Notes: a model not told the origin generated them from the letters alone. Shown: positions 15,885-24,801, numbered from the stretch's first letter. The stretch: DNA of 64,000 nucleotides from Candidatus Eiseniibacteriota bacterium (GCA_031431875.1 JANPEF010000045.1:11912-75911); one strand, 5' to 3'. Made by a program: numbers and translations.

Positions 15885-16043
15885 CGGCCCCCCTTTCGCA
15901 TGGGCGGCGAGTCTGCGTCCGGGGACAGCCCGTCGTCAATGGTCTGCCTGTCCGATCTGCGGGGCGGCGATCTTGCCGTGGGTGCGCCAGCCTGCGAGAC
16001 TGAGGTTGCTCCCGTCTCGCCCCCGCACGGTATGGAGGAATTC

Positions 16044-16511
16044 ATGGCTGTCGACGTCGGCAAGAAGGCCCCCGCGTTCAGGCTTCCGGCCTCGAATGGG
16101 GAGACCGTCGCACTTTCGGAACTCAACGCCGCCGGGAAGAGCGTCGTCCTCTACTTCTATCCCAAGGACGACACGCCCGGCTGCACGAAGGAAGCCTGCG
16201 AGTTCCGCGACGCGGTGAAGAAGTTCACCAGCCGGAAGGCCGTCGTGCTGGGAGTGAGCCCCGATTCGCTCAAGGCGCACGACAAGTTCATCGCCAAGTT
16301 CGGACTGCCGTTCGTGCTGCTGTCGGACGTCGACCACGCGGTCGCCGAGAAGTACGGCGTGTGGGTCGAGAAGTCGATGTACGGCCGCAAGTACATGGGC
16401 ATCGAGCGCTCGACGTTCGTCATCGGACCCGACGGCAAGGTGAAGGCGGCGTTCCGCAAGGTGAAGGTCGACGGCCACGTCGACGAGGTGCTGGCGGCGG
16501 TGGCCATGTGA
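16044..16511 (+). CDS. bcp: Thioredoxin-dependent peroxiredoxin BCP/PrxQ
   Basis: GGAGG RBS; VLYFYPKDDTPGCTKEACEFRD, GVSPD, RSTFVIG. Confidence 0.95.
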   Translation: MAVDVGKKAPAFRLPASNGETVALSELNAAGKSVVLYFYPKDDTPGCTKEACEFRDAVKKFTSRKAVVLGVSPDSLKAHDKFIAKFGLPFVLLSDVDHAVAEKYGVWVEKSMYGRKYMGIERSTFVIGPDGKVKAAFRKVKVDGHVDEVLAAVAM

Positions 16512-16529
16512 ACCGCACAGCCGGGTCGC

Positions 16530-16547
16530 TCGTGCGCAATTTCACAA
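16530..16547. promoter_or_regulatory. Possible second Rex-like operator
   Basis: TCGTGCG-CAAT-TTCACAA: right half-site perfect, left half degenerate. Confidence 0.35.
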
Positions 16548-16578
16548 GCAACGACGACTGATTCACAGCTATCCTGAG

Positions 16579-16607
16579 GCGGGCCTGGAGTTCTCCGGGC
16601 CCGCTTT
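16579..16607 (+). terminator. Intrinsic terminator-like hairpin after bcp
   Basis: GCGGGCCTGGA-GTTC-TCCGGGCCCGC-TTT. Confidence 0.6.
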
Positions 16608-16655
16608 GCATGACCCCCGCCCTGTGGCCCAGACCCCGAAGACTTCGAGAAGGCC

Positions 16656-17045
16656 GTGTCGGAGCGCGACCGGATGTCTGGTGCGACGCCGAAAGGGAAT
16701 CAGTACAAGAGCAACCTGGTCAGCCACCATCAGCGGCTCCAGAAGATCGGATCACAGCTGCGGCGGGGGGAGCCCAGGTCCAAGCTTGCCGGGCTTCGCT
16801 TCTCGGACAGCCGTGCGGATGAGCGCCTGCAGCTTGCGGATCTCGTTGCGTACGCGGTCTACAGGCAGTTCGTCGATCACGGGGACAAGTGGGATGCGGA
16901 AGGGTCGTCGCTTCCGCTGTACCGCTATTTTGGACTCCTGGTGCCGAAGTTTCGAAGAGGGCCTGCGGGGGCATTCACCGGATATGGCGTGGTCAAGTTC
17001 CCGCGAAGGTCCTGGAAGCGGTGGGGTGTAAGAGAGGAGCCGTAG
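16656..17045 (+). pseudogene. DUF3800-family protein, C-terminal half only (5'-truncated)
   Basis: FSDSRADERLQLADLVAYAVYRQF matches the DUF3800 C-terminal S...LQ(L/I)AD motif. No N-terminal DESG motif is visible upstream. Codon usage differs from the neighbours. Confidence 0.65.
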
Positions 17046-17120
17046 CGGCCAACCCAGGGTCAATTCCCCGAACAGTCCCTTGAACCGGGCGGACAGGCCG
17101 CCTTTCCGCTACGACTCCCC
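17034..17120 (-). ncRNA. Candidate structured small RNA convergent with the DUF3800 gene
   Basis: On the minus strand a 13-bp closing stem GGAGUCGUAGCGG/CCGCUACGGCUCC encloses hairpin GGCGG-CCUGU-CCGCC and a second G-U-rich stem. A promoter-like sequence sits immediately upstream. Confidence 0.6.
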
Positions 17121-17124
17121 CGGG

Positions 17125-17153
17125 AGAGTACCGACACCCCCACGGTCGTGCAA
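17125..17153 (-). promoter_or_regulatory. Sigma70-type promoter for the candidate sRNA
   Basis: TTGCAC (17153-17148), 17-nt spacer, TACTCT (17130-17125), ending about 6 nt before the stem. Confidence 0.6.
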
Positions 17154-17185
17154 GAGGCGCAAAATCCTTTGCGCGAAATCCTTGC

Positions 17186-18577
17186 CTACGGCCACACCAG
17201 CGACGCGTAGGTGACGACCGAGCCGCCGGGCTCGACGGACTGCTCGTAGCCGAGCAGGCGCCCGGCGCCCGGTCGCGCCACGTGGAGCATCGCGTACATC
17301 GCTGCGAATCCGCAGATGCGCGTCGAGTCGCTGTGCGCGGCGACGGCGTCGAACCACGCCTCGGCGTCCCCGGTGAGCGCCGCGGCGATCGCGGCGCGAT
17401 CGGTCTTCTCGATGTCGGCCAGCGCCGCGGTGTCGAGGTCGATCGCATCGCCGAAGCGCGCGCCCACGTGCGACAGGTCCACGCCCGCGACGAACGCCAC
17501 GCGCTGTCCCGCGGCGGCGAGGCGCGCCGCCTCGGCGTCGATTGCGGCGAGCGTGTCGGCGACGCGCGGCTCGTCGGCCGGCCGGCGCTCGAAGCGCACC
17601 AGGGCATGGAATCCCGAGCAGAGGATCGGCACGATCTTCGGCGTCCGCGCAGCCAGGTGGCGGCGAAGCGCCAGCGCCTGGAACTCGATCGAGTGCTCGT
17701 CGCGGTGCGCGATCTCCTCCTCGAGGATTGCGGGGCTCGTCGCGGCGACGATCCGCTCCACGGAGTCGACGGCCACGTCGACCGTGCCCAGCGGGGTGGC
17801 GAACGGCTTGGCGGTGATCGCGAACGGCTCCTCGAGCATCATGTGGCCCACGCCGAAGACGAACACGACGTCGGGCAACTGGTCGGCGGGCACGCCGGCG
17901 AACGTGCTCCAGGCGCGGGCGAACAGCGGGCCGCCGCGCTGCAGGTCGATGTGCGGCGCCGCCAGCGCGCGGGGCGCCCCCGAAGCGGCGGCCCCAGACG
18001 GCCGGATCGTCACGCCCTCGGCCGCGGCGCGCTCGGCGGCGATCTTCTCGTGTTGCGAGAGGAAGCCGCCCAGCTCGACCGGGTCCTCGGGGTACGACAG
18101 CCCGGCGAGCACGGCCGGGCGTACCGGCAGTGCGCGATACTCGGCGTACAGCGCGTCGCGCGCCGCGAAGTAGCGCGGCGACTCGAGCAGGAGCTGCGCG
18201 TCGAGTGTCTCGACGAGCTTCCGCACCTGGTCGCCGGCGCGGGGATCGCCCGTCTGCTGGTCGACGAGCGCGATCAGGTCCTCGAGCGCCACCGAGCCGT
18301 CGAACAGCGAGAGAATCGGCACCGCCTCGGGCGAGATCGCCAGGGCGCGTGGCGCCACGCCCGACGGGTCGGTGAGCACGACGACCGTGCGGTCGCCCTC
18401 GCGGACCTCCTGGACCTCGATCGCCCGCAGGCGCGGGTACTGCGGCAGCGCGGGTCCCGCGTCGACGTCCGCCTCGTCGCGGCGCGTCACGATCGGCCGG
18501 CCGTCGGGGCCCAGCAGCGTGCCCGGCTTCACTCCACCGGGGAGGATGATCCGCGAACCGCTGCCGTCGTCGCTCAC
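17186..18577 (-). CDS. amrB: AmmeMemoRadiSam system protein B (MEMO1 family) with N-terminal extension
   Basis: RPAVLAGLSYP, APHID, GVGH, HRDEHSIEFQ, DLSHVG, ICG. Confidence 0.85.
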   Translation of the reverse strand: MSDDGSGSRIILPGGVKPGTLLGPDGRPIVTRRDEADVDAGPALPQYPRLRAIEVQEVREGDRTVVVLTDPSGVAPRALAISPEAVPILSLFDGSVALEDLIALVDQQTGDPRAGDQVRKLVETLDAQLLLESPRYFAARDALYAEYRALPVRPAVLAGLSYPEDPVELGGFLSQHEKIAAERAAAEGVTIRPSGAAASGAPRALAAPHIDLQRGGPLFARAWSTFAGVPADQLPDVVFVFGVGHMMLEEPFAITAKPFATPLGTVDVAVDSVERIVAATSPAILEEEIAHRDEHSIEFQALALRRHLAARTPKIVPILCSGFHALVRFERRPADEPRVADTLAAIDAEAARLAAAGQRVAFVAGVDLSHVGARFGDAIDLDTAALADIEKTDRAAIAAALTGDAEAWFDAVAAHSDSTRICGFAAMYAMLHVARPGAGRLLGYEQSVEPGGSVVTYASLVWP

Positions 18578-19785
18578 TTCGCTCCGCCATCCGGCCGGGC
18601 CAGCGCCGCCTCGAGCACGCGCACGCCGACTTCGACGCCGAGCGAGAGCGCGCGCTCATCGGGATTGAAGCTCCCCGAGTGGTGGGCGAACGTCTCGATG
18701 CCCTCGGCGTTCGCGGTGCCCACCATGTAGTAGCAGCCGGGGACCCTCTCGAGGAAGCGCGACATGTCTTCGGATCCCATGCAGCGGTAGGCCGAGACGC
18801 CGGCGGGCCCGAGCAGGCGCGTCACCACGTCGTGGACCAGCGCCGTCGGCGGGCCCGCATTGATCGTCGGCGGGTAGTTCGGCTTGAACTCGTAGTCGAT
18901 GCCCGCGCCATGCGCCGTCGCGATCCCGCGCGCGAGCGCCTCGATCCGCTCGGAGATGAACAGCGCGAGCGCTCGATCGTACGTGCGGACGGTGCCGTCG
19001 AGGGCGGCCTCGGTCGGCAGGATGTTCGACTTCGTGCCGGCATGGAGCAGGCCGATCGTCATCACCGCCGGCTCCAGCGGGTCGACCGAACGGCTGACCA
19101 CGGTCTGCAGGGCGAGGACGATGTGCGACGCGACGACGACGAGGTCGCTGGCCTGGTGCGGCGCCGCGCCGTGCCCGCCCTTCGAGTGCAGCCGGATCGT
19201 GAACTCGTTCGAGCTGGCGTAGACGCCACCCTCGCGCACGCCGATGACACCGACCGGGTCGTCGTTGTTGAGGTGCATGGCGTAGCAGGCGTCGGGCTTC
19301 ACCCAGTCGAGCACGCCGTCGGCGATCATCGCGCCGGCGCCGTCCCCGCCCTCCTCGGCGGGCTGGAAGAGGAACGCGATGGTGCCGCCCAGGCGCTCCT
19401 TGCGCGCGGTCAGGATGCGCGCCATGACCAGCGCGACCGCGGTGTGCCCGTCGTGTCCGCAGGCGTGCATCATCCCCTTCGTCTCGGACGCGAACGCGTA
19501 GCCGGTCTCCTCGAGCAGCGGGAGCGCGTCCATGTCGGCGCGGTAGAGCACGGTCGGGCCGGGCTGCGCGCCCTTGAGGAGCGCGACCACGCCGGAGCCG
19601 CCGATGCCGGTGCGCACCTCGAGGCCGAGGCCCTTGAGGTAGTCGGCGACCTTGCCGCTGGTGTACGGCAGGTCGAACAGCAGTTCGGGGTGGCGGTGGA
19701 AGTCGCGACGCAGGGAGATGACCTCGTCGGCGAGGGCGCGGACGTCAGGCGACAGACGCGGGTCGAGTTCGAGCACGGTGGACAT
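18574..19785 (-). CDS. M20D-family amidohydrolase
   Basis: RRDFHRHPEL, RADMDALP, MHACGHDGH, FQPAEEG, GGHGAAPH, SEDMS, HHS. ATG at 19785. Confidence 0.92.
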   Translation of the reverse strand: MSTVLELDPRLSPDVRALADEVISLRRDFHRHPELLFDLPYTSGKVADYLKGLGLEVRTGIGGSGVVALLKGAQPGPTVLYRADMDALPLLEETGYAFASETKGMMHACGHDGHTAVALVMARILTARKERLGGTIAFLFQPAEEGGDGAGAMIADGVLDWVKPDACYAMHLNNDDPVGVIGVREGGVYASSNEFTIRLHSKGGHGAAPHQASDLVVVASHIVLALQTVVSRSVDPLEPAVMTIGLLHAGTKSNILPTEAALDGTVRTYDRALALFISERIEALARGIATAHGAGIDYEFKPNYPPTINAGPPTALVHDVVTRLLGPAGVSAYRCMGSEDMSRFLERVPGCYYMVGTANAEGIETFAHHSGSFNPDERALSLGVEVGVRVLEAALARPDGGAK

Positions 19786-19908
19786 GCGGCCTCCGATCGG
19801 GTCGATGGGTTCCGGGGGGACGAGGGGGTGTCGCGGCGGTCCGGACGTCGGAGCGGCCCGTCGAAATCCGGCGCATCCTAGCACGGGCGCGGTGTAAGGT
19901 CGCGGGCC

Positions 19909-20904
19909 ATGCACCCCGAGACCGAACGCCCGTCCGCACCGCCACGCACGCTGCTCATGGTGGCTCGTGGCGACCATGCCGAGGAACGCCCGCTCGCCGA
20001 GCTGTCCACGCTCCTGGCCGACCCCGAGGCGCGCCTGTGGATCGACCTGCAGAACACGGGCGAGGCCGGGTTTTCCGCGCTCGCGCCCGCGCTGACCTTC
20101 CACCCGATGGCGGTCGAGGACTGTGTCACCGACATCAACCACCCGAAGATCGATGACTACCGCGACTACCTGTACATCGCGCTCCACTCCGCACGCTGGG
20201 AGGACCCGGCGCAGGAGCCGGTGCTCAAGGAGCTCGACGTCCTCATCGGGAAGAATTACCTGGTGACCTATCACGAGGAGGACACCCGCGGCGTCGAGCG
20301 CGCCCGTGCGCTGCTCGGGCGTCGCGGCGACCTCCTGTCGCGCGGGCCCGACCACCTGCTCTATTACATCCTCGACGTGATGGTGGACAACTACATGCCC
20401 ATCATCGAGATGGTGCACACGCACCTCGACTCGCTCGAGGAGCGTGTACTGAAGCGCCCGAACCGCCGCCTGCTCGCCGAGATCCTGCAGCTCAAGCGCG
20501 GCACCGCGGCGATCCGCCGCGTCGTCGGCCCGCAGCGCGACACGATCCTCGCCATGACGCGCGATGAGTACCCGGGCATCCGCCCCGAGATCCGCCCCTA
20601 CCTGCGCGACGTGTTCGATCGCATGGCGCGGATCAACGAGATGCTCGACTCGTTCCGCGACGAGCTGGCCACCATCCTCGACATCTACGTGAGCCAGGTC
20701 TCGAACCAGCTCAACGAGGTGATGAAGGTGCTCACCGCGATCACGGTCGTGATCGTGCCGGTGACGCTGATCGCGAGCATCTACGGGATGAACGTCCACT
20801 TCCCCGGCGCGAACACGGTGAACGGTTTCTATGCGTCGGTCGGCCTCATGGTCGCGACGGCGCTGGGGATGATCCTGTTCTTCCGGAGTCGGCGCTGGTT
20901 GTAG
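19909..20904 (+). CDS. corA: Magnesium/cobalt transporter CorA
   Basis: FHPMAVED, HPKID, YLRDVFD, NEVMKVLT, IYGMN signature, two C-terminal TM helices. Confidence 0.95.
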   Translation: MHPETERPSAPPRTLLMVARGDHAEERPLAELSTLLADPEARLWIDLQNTGEAGFSALAPALTFHPMAVEDCVTDINHPKIDDYRDYLYIALHSARWEDPAQEPVLKELDVLIGKNYLVTYHEEDTRGVERARALLGRRGDLLSRGPDHLLYYILDVMVDNYMPIIEMVHTHLDSLEERVLKRPNRRLLAEILQLKRGTAAIRRVVGPQRDTILAMTRDEYPGIRPEIRPYLRDVFDRMARINEMLDSFRDELATILDIYVSQVSNQLNEVMKVLTAITVVIVPVTLIASIYGMNVHFPGANTVNGFYASVGLMVATALGMILFFRSRRWL

Positions 20905-21393
20905 TCGGGTCGCCCGCCCCCGGCGGCGAACACCGGGGGTGCGACGCGCGGGAGGAACCATCCTGGGCGGACGATCGCGCGTCGCATGCAGCCCCTTCCC
21001 TGAGGCCGGAGATCAACTCGGGATCGCCTCGCTCGCCGATCGCCTCGTTCGATCTCGACTCTCGGATCCCGCGCAGCGTCGGGACCTTGAGGGTCGAGTG
21101 GGGAGCTCCGTGCCAGGGAGACCTCCCTGCCCGCTGCGACAAGAACGCTAGTCCCCTCCGCCAAGTGATGTCAAGGAAATGTGTCGCCGTGGCGCGATCG
21201 AGGTCTGTCGCGGCGTCGTAGCCACGCCATGCCGGTGTCGCAGGGATCGCACACCTTTTCGAGCGCGCCCCGGGCGCGCTCGGGGTCTTCGCTGCGCGCC
21301 CGAGGCTCGATTCCCCGGAATTCTTCGCAATCATCAGAATTTCGAGTCCTGCCGGGTCAGGGTCGATCGTCCATCTTCCCGGGATGTGCCGTC

Positions 21394-21410
21394 CGGCCCA
21401 ACCCTTGCAT
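21394..21410 (+). promoter_or_regulatory. Putative sigma54 promoter
   Basis: CGGCCCAACCCTTGCAT fits GG-N10-GC, 40 nt before ATG 21450, at the end of a 545-nt spacer. Confidence 0.55.
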
Positions 21411-21449
21411 TCGACCGCTGCGGACACTTACCAGCGGAGGTTCGACGCC

Positions 21450-21836
21450 ATGATCCGTCCCCGTTTCGCCCCGGTCGCCCGTCTCGCACTGGCCGGACTC
21501 GCTCTCGTCGTCGCGTTCACCCTGTCCGGCGGCACCGGGGCGGGTCGTTCCGCCGAGGCGGCAGCGACGGGCTCGGCGATCGTGGCCACGTACGGCGTCG
21601 GCGGGGTGCTCAAGTCCGACGGCAAGCTGTACCAGTGGCGTCCCGAGCGCAAGCAGTGGGTGACCATCGACGAGTCGTTCCGGCTCGACGGGGAGACCCG
21701 CAAGGTGTTGCCGTTGCCGGTGGTGGTCACCGAGGTCGTGCGCATGGAGGGCTTCGGCTTCATCGTCACCCGTGGCGGGGGGTGCTGGCTGTACAACCTG
21801 GACTCGAACACCTGGGAAAACATCGGCCGCCCGTAG
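21450..21836 (+). CDS. Small exported hypothetical protein
   Basis: GGAGG RBS, signal peptide, beta-rich Trp-containing domain. Confidence 0.65.
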   Translation: MIRPRFAPVARLALAGLALVVAFTLSGGTGAGRSAEAAATGSAIVATYGVGGVLKSDGKLYQWRPERKQWVTIDESFRLDGETRKVLPLPVVVTEVVRMEGFGFIVTRGGGCWLYNLDSNTWENIGRP

Positions 21837-21945
21837 GGGCGGGGCGAGAGTAGACTTGTCGCAACGGTTGAAGGGCCCGCAATCGCGGGCCGGCCGCCTT
21901 CGGCAAGCGGCCAACACGGGGCCCGGCCCCGGAAAGGCGGTTGTC

Positions 21946-23379
21946 GTGAGATCCATCCTGCGCATGGGACTTTCGGTCGTGCTCGCGACGGTATTCGCCG
22001 TCTCCACGGCCTGGGCCGTCGACTACGACGACATCTTCGAGTTCACCGAACGCAACGTCTCCGAGCGCACGATCGTGCAGCTCATCGTCGACGATGGCCG
22101 CGCCTTCGAGTTGAGCGAGGACGAGCTGGCTGACCTGCGCGCCGCCGGCGTGAGCCCGGTCGTGATCGACGCCATGCTCGACCCCGCGGTCGGCAAGGCC
22201 TGGCTGGCCGGCGAGACCGGTGGCGGGGCGACCTACGGCGGTGGCGGGGCCGACGGCTACCAGTCGTCGCTCGACCAGGCATACGGCAGCGGGTACAGCG
22301 CCGGCGTCAGCAGCACGGCGCTCGTCTACTCGTTCGGCTACTATTACGGACCGCTGTCGAACTACTACTACAACGATCCGTTCTACTATCCGTTCTGGTC
22401 CGCGGGCTACGCGTACTCGTACTGGCCGTCGTACTACTCGTACTGGTGGCGCCCGTACTCCAGCTGCTACTACACCTATCCCTACAACTACTACGGCTAC
22501 TCGTCCTACTACTGCCACTCGTACTACGACCCGGGCTACTGGGCGTCCAACGGCTACAACGTGCAGCCGGGCTATGGCCGCACGGTGTGGGACAACGGCC
22601 CGCGCTTCCGCGGCGGCGGCATCGTTCCGCCCAAGGGCGGCCGGCCGGCTGGTTCGGGCTCGAGCGCGCGCCTGGTCACCGGCAGCGCCGGCCGCATGCG
22701 CAATCCGTCGGGGCCGCCCGCGATCCGCGAAGCCGAGAACGGCCGCACGGCGACCGATCGCAGCGCGCGTGTCGCGGATGGATCGAGCAGCGGGCGCAGC
22801 AGCAGCGGCCGCAGCGTCGCCTCCCCGGGAGCACGCACGCCGTCGGCGCGCTCGTCGAGTGCGCGCGTGATCCGGGGCTCCTCGAGCAACGTGTCGGGTG
22901 AGACGAAGGCGAGCGCGCCGCGCAGCTCGACGCGCAGCTCCAATCGCAGCCCGGGCAGCGATCGCGTCGCGCGCTCCTCGCAGCCACGCACCCTGCGCGA
23001 GAGCGCGGATCGTGTCGTGCGGGGCGGGCGGGGTTCATCGGCCAGTCGCGTCGTGCGTGGCGAGTCGTCCTCCGCGGCCCGGGTGTTCCGCGGCGGCCGC
23101 GAGAGCGGGCGCCTGTCCCAGACGCCGCACGCCACGGGCCGTTCGAACGGGCGCTCGTCGGTCGCGACGCCGCAGGCGCGCAGTGGCGGCAAGCCCGGTG
23201 GCAGTAGCGCACGCAGTGCCCCGAGCGGTGGCGGTGGCCGCAGCGCTCCGAGCGGCGGTGGCGGACAACACGGCGGTGGCGGTGGCCGCAGCGCTCCGAG
23301 TGGCGGTGGCGGGCACAGTGCCCCGAGTGGTGGCGATGGCAGCGTCCATGGTGGTGGCGGCGGCGGGCGCGGTCGCTGA
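21946..23379 (+). CDS. Secreted protein: small helical domain, Tyr-rich segment, Ser/Arg/Gly low-complexity tail (paralog 1)
   Basis: Signal ...VSTAWA; LRAAGVSPVVIDAM; YYYNDPFYYPFW...YYCHSYYDPGYW; RSAPSGGGG repeats. Confidence 0.75.
   Translation: MRSILRMGLSVVLATVFAVSTAWAVDYDDIFEFTERNVSERTIVQLIVDDGRAFELSEDELADLRAAGVSPVVIDAMLDPAVGKAWLAGETGGGATYGGGGADGYQSSLDQAYGSGYSAGVSSTALVYSFGYYYGPLSNYYYNDPFYYPFWSAGYAYSYWPSYYSYWWRPYSSCYYTYPYNYYGYSSYYCHSYYDPGYWASNGYNVQPGYGRTVWDNGPRFRGGGIVPPKGGRPAGSGSSARLVTGSAGRMRNPSGPPAIREAENGRTATDRSARVADGSSSGRSSSGRSVASPGARTPSARSSSARVIRGSSSNVSGETKASAPRSSTRSSNRSPGSDRVARSSQPRTLRESADRVVRGGRGSSASRVVRGESSSAARVFRGGRESGRLSQTPHATGRSNGRSSVATPQARSGGKPGGSSARSAPSGGGGRSAPSGGGGQHGGGGGRSAPSGGGGHSAPSGGDGSVHGGGGGGRGR
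23212..23340 (+). repeat. Coding repeat, four copies of (R/H)SAPSGG(G/D)G
   Basis: Imperfect 27-nt units such as cgcagcgctccgagcggcggtggcgga. Confidence 0.8.
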
Positions 23380-23437
23380 CGCGCCCCTTCCTGGGAAGGC
23401 CGCCGACACGGGGCCCGGTCACGGAAAGGCGGACAAG

Positions 23438-24775
23438 GTGAGATCCATCCTGCGCATGGGGCTCTCGGTCGTGGTCGCCACCGTCCTCGCCGCTTCGGCG
23501 GCCTGGGCGGTCGATTACGGCGACATCATTGAACTCACGGCACGAAACGTCCACGAGCGCACGCTCGTGCAGCTCATCGTCGATGACGGCCGCGCCTTCG
23601 AGCTGAGCGCCGTGGAGATCGTCGAGCTGCGCGTCGCCGGCGTCAGCGAGCGCGTCATCGACGCGATGATCGACCCCGCGGCCGGCGAGGCGTGGCTTGC
23701 CGGCGACGTCTACGAACGCGAGGACGGAGCGGACGGCGGCGAGACCGGCAATGGCGACCGCTCGTCGCTCGATCAGGACTACGGCCAGGGTGAGGGTGGC
23801 GGCGACGGCAGCACGCCCCTGGTCTTCTCCTTCGGCTACTACTACGGACCGCTCTCGCGCTACTACTACGACGACCCGTACTACTTCCCGTTCTGGTCTG
23901 CGGGCCACGCGTACTCGTACTGGCCGTCGTACTACGCTTATGGTTGGCGCCCCGCGTACGACGAGTACTACGAGTATCCGTACAACTGGTACGAGTACTC
24001 GTCGTACTACTGCCACACGTACTACGACCCGGCCTACTGGAGCGAGATCGGCTACACGGTGCAGCCAGGCTACGGGCCCACGGTGTGGGACCACGGTCCG
24101 CGCTTCCGCGGTGGCGGCATCGTCCCGCCCAAGGGCGGCCGGCCGGATGCCGTGTCCGGCGAGCGTCTGGCCGTGGGCAGCGCCGGCCGGGTGCGTAATC
24201 CCGCCGGTCCGCCCGCGATTCACGAGTCCGAGAACGCACGCACGCTGGCCGATCGGGCCGCGCGCAGCGTCCCGGCTTCGCGGGAGATCCGCGGCACCGA
24301 GGCTCCGGCGTCGTGGCCGCTCGTCATCCCGGGTGCAACGGCAAGCGTCACACGACCCGGCATCGCCGTCCGCGGTGGCACCAAGGTAAGCGCCGCCGCG
24401 GATCGGCGGGTCCGCGCGGCGGCGGCCCGGGAACTGCGCGCCGCCCGCGAGCGAGCGAACGCAAAGAACGTGGCGGATGCGACGAGGTGGGCCCGGTCGT
24501 TCGGCGAGCAGCACGCAGCGTCCATGGTCCAGGAGAACGAGCGCTGGGTCCAGGAATGGCAGCGCCAGGTCAACGAAACCTACTCTCAGCCGGCCGAGGG
24601 GCCTGCACGGTCGCGCGATGCCGCGGCGGCTCCCCCGCCTCCTCCCGCAGCTCCCCCGGCCCGCGCAGAGCAGCCTCGCACCGAGCGGGCCCCGGCGCCG
24701 GACCGCGGAAGTGCGGTCGGTCGGCCGGAAGCCGTCGACGATGCCCCCGCGACCCGGAGTCGCGGCGGTCGCTGA
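23438..24775 (+). CDS. Secreted Tyr-rich protein (paralog 2) with Pro/Ala-rich tail
   Basis: N-terminal part closely parallels paralog 1; the C-terminus is unrelated. Confidence 0.75.
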   Translation: MRSILRMGLSVVVATVLAASAAWAVDYGDIIELTARNVHERTLVQLIVDDGRAFELSAVEIVELRVAGVSERVIDAMIDPAAGEAWLAGDVYEREDGADGGETGNGDRSSLDQDYGQGEGGGDGSTPLVFSFGYYYGPLSRYYYDDPYYFPFWSAGHAYSYWPSYYAYGWRPAYDEYYEYPYNWYEYSSYYCHTYYDPAYWSEIGYTVQPGYGPTVWDHGPRFRGGGIVPPKGGRPDAVSGERLAVGSAGRVRNPAGPPAIHESENARTLADRAARSVPASREIRGTEAPASWPLVIPGATASVTRPGIAVRGGTKVSAAADRRVRAAAARELRAARERANAKNVADATRWARSFGEQHAASMVQENERWVQEWQRQVNETYSQPAEGPARSRDAAAAPPPPPAAPPARAEQPRTERAPAPDRGSAVGRPEAVDDAPATRSRGGR

Positions 24776-24801
24776 CGCGCACGATCGTTCGTGCGATGAT
24801 C

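Larger units (their letters stand above)
21910..24265 (+). repeat. Tandem duplication: about 21910-22770 versus about 23400-24265
   Basis: Shared upstream ACACGGGGCCCGG...CGGAAAGGCGG, identical GTGAGATCCATCCTGCGCATGGG start, and a homologous first ~270 codons. Confidence 0.9.

Noticed and set aside
14544..16043. Long N-terminal extensions in the ORF track (bcp 655 aa, phoB 668 aa, porin 986 aa, lipase 868 aa)
   Set aside because: Real starts with RBS or coupling lie downstream; the extensions overlap other genes and are not true fusions.
17034..17120. tRNA (including tRNA-Sec) interpretation of the structured element, prompted by its size and a UUCAA word
   Set aside because: No T-arm GTTCRA in the proper position, no CCA end, no cloverleaf; the closing stem is 13 bp.
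23180..23379. Repeat array as CRISPR or non-coding VNTR
   Set aside because: The units are in-frame Gly/Ser coding repeats with synonymous variation and no unique spacers; no cas genes are present.
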